64,000 nucleotides of DNA from a virus, in the IMG/VR virus record IMGVR_UViG_3300021560_000013, positions 1 through 64,000 of that record; one strand, 5' to 3'. Both the position numbers and the translations under genes were made by a program. Below are positions 57,140 through 64,000 of the stretch, piece after piece. The notes beneath the pieces were generated by a model, which saw only the letters and a list, made by a program, of their open reading frames with translations, was not told the origin of the DNA and did no database searches. The stretch's first letter is position 1. Each line of letters opens with the position of its first letter.

Positions 57140-59044
57140 GTGCCTTCTGAAGCCGTCGAACGCGTGCTCGCGCGCCTATGGGCGCTGGACTGCAACGCAC
57201 GCGGCAACGAGACGACGGGCTGGACGGCGAAGTGCCCGGCGCACGACGACCGCAGCCCGAGCTTCAAGCTTGACCAGGCCGACGACGGCAGGGCGCTCGT
57301 CTACTGCCACACCGGCTGCACCATTGACCAGATCGCGTCCTCCATGTCGCTCGACGTGCGCGAACTGTTCGAGCCCGAGCCCGAGTCGATCGACAAGATC
57401 GTGGTCGAGCGCTACGACTACACCGACCAGCACGGCGTCATGCTGTTCCAGGTCGAGCGCCTGAGCCCGAAGGGGTTCCGCCAGCGCAAACCAGACGGGC
57501 GCGGCGACTGGTCGTACTCGCTCGGGTCAACGCGCCGAGTCCTGTACCGGCTACCGGCGGTGATCGAGGCGGTCAAGGCCGGGCAGCGGATCTACCTGGT
57601 CGAGGGCGAGAGGGACGTTCACACGCTGGAGAGCAAGGGCAAGGTCGCCACCACCATGCCCGGCGGCGCGGGCAAGTGGCGCAAGGAGTACACCGAGACG
57701 CTGCGTGGCGCACGCGAGGTGGCGATCATCCAGGACGTAGACGAGCTTGACCCGAAGACCGGCCACCGCCCCGGCCAGGAGCACGCCGAGATGGTGCGCC
57801 AGAAGCTAGAGGGTGTCGTCCAGGCGGTCAGGGTGTTCCAGCCCGCCGTCGGCAAGGACATCACCGATCACATCAAGGCTGGGATGGGAGTCGGCGCGAT
57901 CGTGCCCGCCGGGGAGTCGCGTCCGCATGCACGCCTGGAGATCAAGCCAGCCAGGGCGATCATGGAGGAGCCGGAACTGGGCGAGGAGGGGTTCCTGCTC
58001 GGGCCGTTGGTCTACAAGGGCCACCGGATCGTCGTCGGCGGCTGGACCGGCCACGGCAAGACCACCTTCACGATGCACATGGTGAGCGCCGCCGTCAACG
58101 GCAAGGAGTTCCTGCGGCCACTCTGGAAGGGCAGGAAGGACAGGGACAGGCCCGTGACGGCGCTCGTGATCGACGTGGAGCAGGGCACCAAGACGGTCAA
58201 GCGCGTGCTCCGCGAGACCGGCCTGGATCACTCCGACCGCGTCCAGTACCTGCGCGTGCCAGACGGGCTGGCGCTCGACTCCGACCCGGAGGCCATCGAG
58301 TTCCTTGAGAAGGCGTTCGCCAAGAACCACTTCGACATCGTGCTGGCCGATCCGCTGTACAAATTGCACCGGGGCGACCCGAACGACACCAAGGCTGCGA
58401 CCGAACTGATGCGCCGGTTTGACGACTGGCGCGAGCGCTACTCGTTCGCGCTGATCCTGCCGATGCACTGCCGCAAGCCGCAAGGCGACCGTGGCCCGAA
58501 GCTCTCCCCCCACGACCTGTTCGGCTCATCCGCATACCAGTGGGGTGCGGAGATGTTGCTCGGCGTCGAGCGCAAGTCGCAGACCAAGACGTGGATCCAC
58601 TGGTGGAAGGACCGCGAGGGCGAGGCTGCCGAGCAGGGCGCAATCGTCGGCTCGCACTGGGACATCGCCTTCGATCGGAAGACCGGCTTCGGGCGCTACG
58701 TTGAGAACCACCAGGAGCGACTGCCGATCGTCGCCCAGCCGAGCCCGAGATTCGATCTGGGCGACTTCTGCTACCAGCAGATCCGGGACACCGGCGCGGT
58801 CACTCGCGACGACATCAAGTCCCGCCTGCACGCGAAGGGCATCCGCTGGGCTGGTGGCATGCCCGCCATCGACAAGGCGCTGGAGAACCAGGGACACCGG
58901 GGCGTGATCTCCAACGGCGCGCACCTCAAGAAGGACCGCGTCTACCAGTTGCAACCCGAGCTTCTCACAGCAGAGAGCCCCGCCGAAGCGGGGCTCGATA
59001 CCTCATCGCCTACCAGAGCAAGTGAGGAAGGAGGCGCACTCTAG
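57140..59044 (+). CDS. Primase-helicase (Zn-binding, TOPRIM and AAA/RepA-like helicase domains)
   Basis: CPAHDDRSPS...CHTGC; LVEGERDV; GWTGHGKT; VLADP. Confidence 0.9.
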   Translation: MPSEAVERVLARLWALDCNARGNETTGWTAKCPAHDDRSPSFKLDQADDGRALVYCHTGCTIDQIASSMSLDVRELFEPEPESIDKIVVERYDYTDQHGVMLFQVERLSPKGFRQRKPDGRGDWSYSLGSTRRVLYRLPAVIEAVKAGQRIYLVEGERDVHTLESKGKVATTMPGGAGKWRKEYTETLRGAREVAIIQDVDELDPKTGHRPGQEHAEMVRQKLEGVVQAVRVFQPAVGKDITDHIKAGMGVGAIVPAGESRPHARLEIKPARAIMEEPELGEEGFLLGPLVYKGHRIVVGGWTGHGKTTFTMHMVSAAVNGKEFLRPLWKGRKDRDRPVTALVIDVEQGTKTVKRVLRETGLDHSDRVQYLRVPDGLALDSDPEAIEFLEKAFAKNHFDIVLADPLYKLHRGDPNDTKAATELMRRFDDWRERYSFALILPMHCRKPQGDRGPKLSPHDLFGSSAYQWGAEMLLGVERKSQTKTWIHWWKDREGEAAEQGAIVGSHWDIAFDRKTGFGRYVENHQERLPIVAQPSPRFDLGDFCYQQIRDTGAVTRDDIKSRLHAKGIRWAGGMPAIDKALENQGHRGVISNGAHLKKDRVYQLQPELLTAESPAEAGLDTSSPTRASEEGGAL

Positions 59045-59425
59045 GGCGCGCTTCGGACAGATCCGCCCCACACCCCGACAGGGCGTCACCAAGGGGTACC
59101 ACGGTCGCTCCCCGATCTGGGAGCGGAGGCCGACTGGAAGCCGATGAAGCGCGGAGCTTGTAGCCCGGATCGGGGTGAAGTGCGTGGCGCGTGGAGGTGG
59201 AAAGAGTCCGAAACCGCATGCCGACGGCTCACCCTGCGGATGTTCGTGGCTCGGTCTTCTGTCCCTCCGGGGGCAGTAGGCCGTAGTCCTCCCCTGCCTT
59301 CAGGTCTTCCCAACGGATGTAGTTACCGATCGCGAAGTTGGAGCAGGTCGAGACAGGTCGAGGGTTGAGCCTCTCCTTACCTCAGAGATCGCCAGGGCGA
59401 GGCTCGGACCCTGGTCTTGTGTGGA

Positions 59426-59596
59426 CTATGGCTTACAGCGTTTGCAGGCTGGGTGACCGTCTCGGATGCACTCGGAGCGCCTGCGATCGACTACCGGGTT
59501 TTTGAGAACCACGCTCAGTAGCCACCTGCATTTGGGCCGGTGGTAGCGGGCCTCTGGGTTGTCGGTCTCGATCTTGACCATCGGGTCGTTGTCCAT
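59426..59596 (-). CDS. Small Zn-binding (Ada metal-binding-like) protein
   Basis: YHRPKC...ACKRCKP; leader variant CCCGACCCGAGAGGAGG. Confidence 0.65.
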   Translation of the reverse strand: MDNDPMVKIETDNPEARYHRPKCRWLLSVVLKNPVVDRRRSECIRDGHPACKRCKP

Positions 59597-59691
59597 GTTC
59601 ACCTCCTCTCGGGTCGGGATGGTTTGCCGTATACATCGGCAGATCAGGCGTTGGACTTGAGTGCCCTGGCTCGCGACTTGTGTTTGGGGCC

Positions 59692-59722
59692 TTGACACGG
59701 AGCACGCGATCTGTGTTAGAGT
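59692..59722 (+). promoter_or_regulatory. Promoter TTGACA-N19-TAGAGT containing a degenerate palindrome
   Basis: AGCACGC-GAT-CTGTGTTA overlaps the spacer and -10. Confidence 0.45.
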
Positions 59723-59796
59723 GCCCGGCTCAATCGCCGTGATGCTCACGCACAAGCGTCAGCGGACCGGCGTCTACCAAGGGTGGTGAGTGGCTT

Positions 59797-60510
59797 GTGA
59801 GTGCCACTGAGCAGGAACCTGCCGACCAGCAGGACGGCCAGAAGGATCTGTCGTTCAGCGAACGAGTCGCGCTCGACGTGCTGGCGATCTTCGCCGCCCG
59901 CGACATGATTGCTGACGGCGCGGTGGACATGTACGCCGTAGCCGACGAGATCCAGCCCACGATCTTCGACGCGAAGGTCAAGGTCGAGGGCGACCGTTCC
60001 AAGGTCGGAGTCACACCGTCTCACCTGATGGACAAGCACTTCCCCGAGGTGCCCAAGCGCGACAGCGTGGACAGCACCGACGCGGATCTCCTGGACTACA
60101 CCGACGCGGTCTACGCCAAGGTGAAGGACCAGGTGTTCCGAGTGTTGAACATCATGCCGGACGGCATCATCCAGTCCCGCCTCGCCTCCGCGCTGGGCGA
60201 AGGCTGGGTGCTGTGTCGCATGAAGGGCAAGCGCGGTGCCGAGGAGGTTGCGTACGTCTCTCGCAGCCGCAAGTGCATCGACGCGGACAACAACGGCCCG
60301 GCGTACCACCGGGTCCAGCTGGCTATCGCTCGCGCGTCGGCACTGACCGGCATGTCGATCGAGCGGGTGCCCGAGCACGGCACCTGGTTCCAGCGGCAGC
60401 ACAAGCGGTCGCTGAAGAACAGCCTCGAAGCCGGTGACAACGTGGTCATCGCGGCGCTCGACTCGGGGGACGAACCCGACGACGGCCCCGACGAGGACGA
60501 CGATGAGTAG
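59797..60510 (+). CDS. Hypothetical protein
   Basis: ORF track. Confidence 0.7.
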   Translation: MSATEQEPADQQDGQKDLSFSERVALDVLAIFAARDMIADGAVDMYAVADEIQPTIFDAKVKVEGDRSKVGVTPSHLMDKHFPEVPKRDSVDSTDADLLDYTDAVYAKVKDQVFRVLNIMPDGIIQSRLASALGEGWVLCRMKGKRGAEEVAYVSRSRKCIDADNNGPAYHRVQLAIARASALTGMSIERVPEHGTWFQRQHKRSLKNSLEAGDNVVIAALDSGDEPDDGPDEDDDE

Positions 60511-61213
60511 TACCCAGGGAGCCCCTTCGGGGGCTCCCGACCCTAACCCGGAGAAGCGGGTGACCTGGCAGCTTACCGAGGCCGGTGTTCACCCGTGGGA
60601 GGACGACGGCGTGATTGGCTGGGTGATCGTCCGGCTGAAGGCCGGGGCGACCGCGTACCAGATCCGCGCCGAGTCGGTGGACGGCGCGGAGGGCTGGCCC
60701 GAGCCCGGCGTGTACCTGGGCCAGAACGCTGCCGAGAAGGCGGTGGCTGTCGCCAAGGACCGCATCCGGCACGAGCGCGGCGCGCCGACGATCAAGGCCC
60801 AGGCGAAGAAGCCGAAGGCGACCGAGGGCGGCAAGCGGGTGCGCCAGCTGCACGAGGCCAAGCGCGCCGGGCAGCGCGACGCCGAGGATGAGGTGTTCAA
60901 GATGCAGGTGGCGCTCGCGGAGACGATCAGTTTCCTGGAGCGGTTCGACCTGCCGGATCTCACCTGGTCCGAGGACGTGCAGGAGCACCTGAACGACATC
61001 GTCCACGACCTGGAGCGCTGCCGGGGCTGGAACGAGCGGGCGGTGGACACGGTGTGGGCGATGATGGATGACGTGAGCCGCCAGCGGCGGATCCGCGATC
61101 TGCGCCGCCGCGCCGACGATCCAAGCTCGACCAGCTGGGAGCGCCGGAACGCTCGCGAGTTGTACGAGAAGCTGGAGCGGAAGTACCGCCAGCAGAAGAA
61201 CCTCGGTGCTTAG
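60503..61213 (+). CDS. Hypothetical protein
   Basis: ATG at 60503 overlaps the upstream gene end. Confidence 0.7.
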   Translation: MSSTQGAPSGAPDPNPEKRVTWQLTEAGVHPWEDDGVIGWVIVRLKAGATAYQIRAESVDGAEGWPEPGVYLGQNAAEKAVAVAKDRIRHERGAPTIKAQAKKPKATEGGKRVRQLHEAKRAGQRDAEDEVFKMQVALAETISFLERFDLPDLTWSEDVQEHLNDIVHDLERCRGWNERAVDTVWAMMDDVSRQRRIRDLRRRADDPSSTSWERRNARELYEKLERKYRQQKNLGA

Positions 61214-61608
61214 GCGGCAGCGGCGGTGGCGGCAGCCTCGCGCTGCCGCTTACGCTCCGCTCGCTGCCACCGGCGGCGCTTGCGTCCTTCGACCTTCGCG
61301 CACAGCGGGCAGTGAGAGCCGCGCCGGAAGAACTTCGTGATTGCGGGCTGCTGCACCCCCAGCGACTCCCCGATCTCCCGGTCGCTGTAGCCCATGTCGC
61401 GAAGCTCGTGGACGGCGTGCCGGATCAGGTCGTCGTACGTGTCGCGCAACCCCCGGATCTGCTCCAGCGAATACGTGTCCTCGTACCCGTCGGTGAAGCG
61501 CTCTCCTAAGCTCTCGTACGTCCGGGTGATCATGCCCATGAGTTCGGACACTTCGTCGGTCGGGAACGGCCTTCGCTCATTCCTCCAGGAATGACTCGAA
61601 TCGCTCAT
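61210..61608 (-). CDS. Helix-turn-helix DNA-binding protein (candidate regulator of the palindromes)
   Basis: AVHELRDMGYSDREIGESLGVQQPAITKFF; CxxC; operator in its own promoter. Confidence 0.75.
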   Translation of the reverse strand: MSDSSHSWRNERRPFPTDEVSELMGMITRTYESLGERFTDGYEDTYSLEQIRGLRDTYDDLIRHAVHELRDMGYSDREIGESLGVQQPAITKFFRRGSHCPLCAKVEGRKRRRWQRAERKRQREAAATAAAA

Positions 61609-61613
61609 TGGCT

Positions 61614-61661
61614 CTCTCCTTGGTCGGGGTCCACCTAGAGTATAGCGCACGATGTGAGCCA
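61614..61661 (-). promoter_or_regulatory. Cassette-head element 10 (in front of the HTH gene)
   Basis: Minus strand TGGCTCAC-ATC-GTGCGCTA + TATACT; leader CCCGACCAAGGAGAG. Confidence 0.85.
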
Positions 61662-61666
61662 GCACA

Positions 61667-62281
61667 ATGCCGCCGAGCCGGTCCGTAACATCTCACGTCG
61701 TGCGCATCACCCGCCCCGATCGAGACCCTGACCTGGAGTTCCGCGTGGTCGGCCACAGCGCGCCCGGCGGCTCGAAGGACGTGGGCGTGATCTACCGCAA
61801 CGGGCCGAACGGCACGAAGGTGCCGGTCACCGACGCCAAGGGCAAGATCAAGACGTTCGTCCGCGACAAGTCCGGCCAGGCCGGGAAGGACTGGCGGACG
61901 ACCGTCGCGACCACGGGCCTGGCGGCGCTCGTCCAGGCGGGCCTTGAGCGGTTCGACGGGCCGCTGTACGTCGAGCTAACGATCATCCGCCCGCGCGGCC
62001 CCGGCCACTACGGTTCGGGCCGGAACGCGGGGCGGCTCCTCCCTTCCGCACCCGCGTTCCCAGCTGTCGCCCCGGACGTGACGAAGCTCACCCGCTCCAC
62101 CGAGGATGCCCTGAACTCGGTCGTCTGGAACGACGACTCGCGCAACGTCGCCCTGCTGACCGAGAAGGTCTACGCTGAGCCCGGCGAGCCCGAGGGCGCG
62201 GAAGTGAAGATTTGGACCCTGCCCGCGACTGTCGGCAGGGTCGAGGCGGATCCGGACCAGCTGGAGATGGCCGTCGCCTGA
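61667..62281 (+). CDS. rusA: RusA-family Holliday junction resolvase
   Basis: PGGSK...GPLYV...PDVTKLTRSTEDALNSVVWNDDS...KVY. Confidence 0.85.
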   Translation: MPPSRSVTSHVVRITRPDRDPDLEFRVVGHSAPGGSKDVGVIYRNGPNGTKVPVTDAKGKIKTFVRDKSGQAGKDWRTTVATTGLAALVQAGLERFDGPLYVELTIIRPRGPGHYGSGRNAGRLLPSAPAFPAVAPDVTKLTRSTEDALNSVVWNDDSRNVALLTEKVYAEPGEPEGAEVKIWTLPATVGRVEADPDQLEMAVA

Positions 62282-62337
62282 AGCTCACGCCGAGGAGACG
62301 ACCGGCCCCAGGCTCACGCCGGGGCCGGTCACCCCGG

Positions 62338-62829
62338 TCAGTCGTCGCCGGTGAAGTCCGGGTTGTGGAACAGCACCTCGGGGTCGTCGCGCGAGCGCAG
62401 GAAGCGCGGCTCGCCGTTGGAGTCCGTCTCGTCAATGAGGTGATCCACCGCGTGCTCGACAGCGCACCAGACCGCGTACTGCCAGACCGCCTTCGCGATG
62501 TCCAGCGAGTCGCCGTTCAGGTACAGCGGGTTGCGGCGCATGAAGCTGCGCACGTAGCCGATCAGCGAGCCGTTCTCGATCCGGAACCGGAACTCCTGCG
62601 CGATCGCGTACGTGAGGATCTCGCCCTTCTCCTCGTCCGAGCGCTCCTCGCCCGGCTCAAGCTCCCGGTCGGCCCACTCGGCTATGTCTAGCTCCTCCGC
62701 GCGCTCCAGCGCCTTCGCGGTGCGCCGTTCGATCCGGGTCACGACGGCGCGCTCCAGCATCGCGAGGGCGTGGCGCTCGGGGCCACCGGACGGCGGGCGC
62801 TTGCGCGGCGGTTTGCGCTTACGTGGCAC
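62338..62829 (-). CDS. Hypothetical protein
   Basis: ORF track. Confidence 0.65.
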   Translation of the reverse strand: MPRKRKPPRKRPPSGGPERHALAMLERAVVTRIERRTAKALERAEELDIAEWADRELEPGEERSDEEKGEILTYAIAQEFRFRIENGSLIGYVRSFMRRNPLYLNGDSLDIAKAVWQYAVWCAVEHAVDHLIDETDSNGEPRFLRSRDDPEVLFHNPDFTGDD

Positions 62830-63460
62830 GGCGCGCGGCGTCCTTCATCTGCCTGGACAGCGTCTCGATCGTCTCCTGCGGGACGGTCGGCTCGACCCCT
62901 TCGACGCCGAGGCCGGTCGGGATGCCGTCCTCCCAGGCGCGCTGGCGCGTGCCGATCGTGTAGCCCCGCTGGCGGTCGGCGGCGTGGTCGGTCGTGTCCA
63001 CCTCGTCCAGCACGTCGAAGCCACCGCCGAGACCGAGCGGCGAGCCCGCGTCCGGCGGGAGCACCCACAGGTGGTACTCGTTCGCGCCGTCCTTCAGGTT
63101 CCACTCGGGCGGGAAGATCTGGATCGCCTCACGGTCACGCCCGGCCACCTCGTTCTTGATCGCCTGGATGTGCCGCCAGTCATAGATCGCCGCGCGGTCG
63201 TTCCGCTTGTAGCTCAGGTGCATCGAGCCGTCCTCGAACTCCAGGCCGAACCCGTTGTAGAGCCGGTTGCCGAACGCGAACGCCCGCACGGCCCGCTGCG
63301 GGTTGCGGTACTGGTAGAAGTGCTCGCGCCCGTCGCTGCGGTGGTACACCTGCGACATCGCGGAGACGCCCGGCGGCGTCGAGTCCACGAGCCACATCGG
63401 ATTCCAGCTGGCCTTCGCCGGGTTGCCGCCCGGACGCTTGCGCTTAGCCATCACGCCCAC
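62819..63460 (-). CDS. Conserved phage protein (HLS...DWR..Q.IKNE...E.FP...YHLW)
   Basis: Recognisable motif; start is 63460 or 63451. Confidence 0.7.
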   Translation of the reverse strand: MGVMAKRKRPGGNPAKASWNPMWLVDSTPPGVSAMSQVYHRSDGREHFYQYRNPQRAVRAFAFGNRLYNGFGLEFEDGSMHLSYKRNDRAAIYDWRHIQAIKNEVAGRDREAIQIFPPEWNLKDGANEYHLWVLPPDAGSPLGLGGGFDVLDEVDTTDHAADRQRGYTIGTRQRAWEDGIPTGLGVEGVEPTVPQETIETLSRQMKDAARRAT

Positions 63461-63726
63461 CCCGCCAGCACGTCCACCTGCTTGCGGCCCTGGCGGCTGC
63501 GCTCCATCGCCGCCTGGTGCTCGTCGCCGTCGGCGCGAGCCTGGTGGTAGAGGTAGGTCTCAAGCTCGGCGGTCAGCACGTTGCGCATGGCCGTCCGGTC
63601 CAGGCTGGTGGACAGCTGCGCGATCGTGACCGCGTGCAGCAGCGCGTCCACGCGCGCCTTGGACTTGGACGCCAGCAGCTTGAACGTGACCGGCTGCTCG
63701 CGCTTGATCTGCTCGCGGGAAGCCAT
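63451..63726 (-). CDS. Hypothetical protein
   Basis: ATG at 63726 immediately follows the upstream stop. Confidence 0.65.
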   Translation of the reverse strand: MASREQIKREQPVTFKLLASKSKARVDALLHAVTIAQLSTSLDRTAMRNVLTAELETYLYHQARADGDEHQAAMERSRQGRKQVDVLAGWA

Positions 63727-63727
63727 C

Positions 63728-63979
63728 TCAGTAGTCGGGCGGGAAGATCCCGCGCATGTCGCGCTCGAACATCTCATCCTCGATCCGCTGCTCTTCCAGC
63801 TGGACCTGGCGCTCCGTCTCGGCGCGCTCCTCGGGGGTCGTCCAGAACCCGGCCAGGTAGCCACGGTCGTCGTAAAGCTCACCGCGATCGCCCTTGGTCA
63901 GGATCTCTCCGGTCTCACCGAGCCAGAGATCGAAGGTCTCTCCGATCCAGTTGCGCTCGGTCAGCGTCAGTCGGGTCAT
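63728..63979 (-). CDS. Hypothetical protein
   Basis: Conserved leader CCCGACCGAGGAG at 63985-63997, 5 nt before ATG. Confidence 0.7.
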   Translation of the reverse strand: MTRLTLTERNWIGETFDLWLGETGEILTKGDRGELYDDRGYLAGFWTTPEERAETERQVQLEEQRIEDEMFERDMRGIFPPDY

Positions 63980-64000
63980 GCTCACTCCTCGGTCGGGGGT

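Overview
High-GC bacteriophage genome segment with a contractile tail (myovirus-like), most plausibly infecting an actinobacterium. No portal, terminase, integrase, tRNA or CRISPR array is visible in the window. 1-21.7 kb: head-associated and accessory genes interleaved with blocks of small genes. 21.8-53.6 kb: structural operon (protease/scaffold, DUF2190-like cement protein, Mu gpT-like capsid, neck, sheath, tube, frameshifted chaperone, tape measure, baseplate, fibres). 53.8-64 kb: recombination and replication genes (RecT/Bet, PD-(D/E)XK exonuclease, HNH, primase-helicase, RusA) and an HTH protein. The main unexplained structure is an apparent regulatory circuit read by eye. (1) Ten dispersed copies of a palindrome, TAGCRCAC-N3-RTGYGCTA, are fused to a -10 box and usually followed by a conserved leader, CCCGACCGAGGAG. 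(2) One copy lies in front of an HTH gene, a candidate autoregulated repressor. (3) An ~85-nt element at 53.63-53.71 kb displays the exact antisense of that leader in a hairpin loop, a candidate trans-acting sRNA. (4) A separate promoter class (YTG at -35, 19-nt spacer, TANNNT) precedes structural blocks. There is also an ~490-nt highly structured non-coding RNA candidate. A set of head-region proteins share a candidate capsid-targeting peptide module fused to different cargo domains, including an orphan HicA. All protein family assignments come from motif recognition, not database searches.
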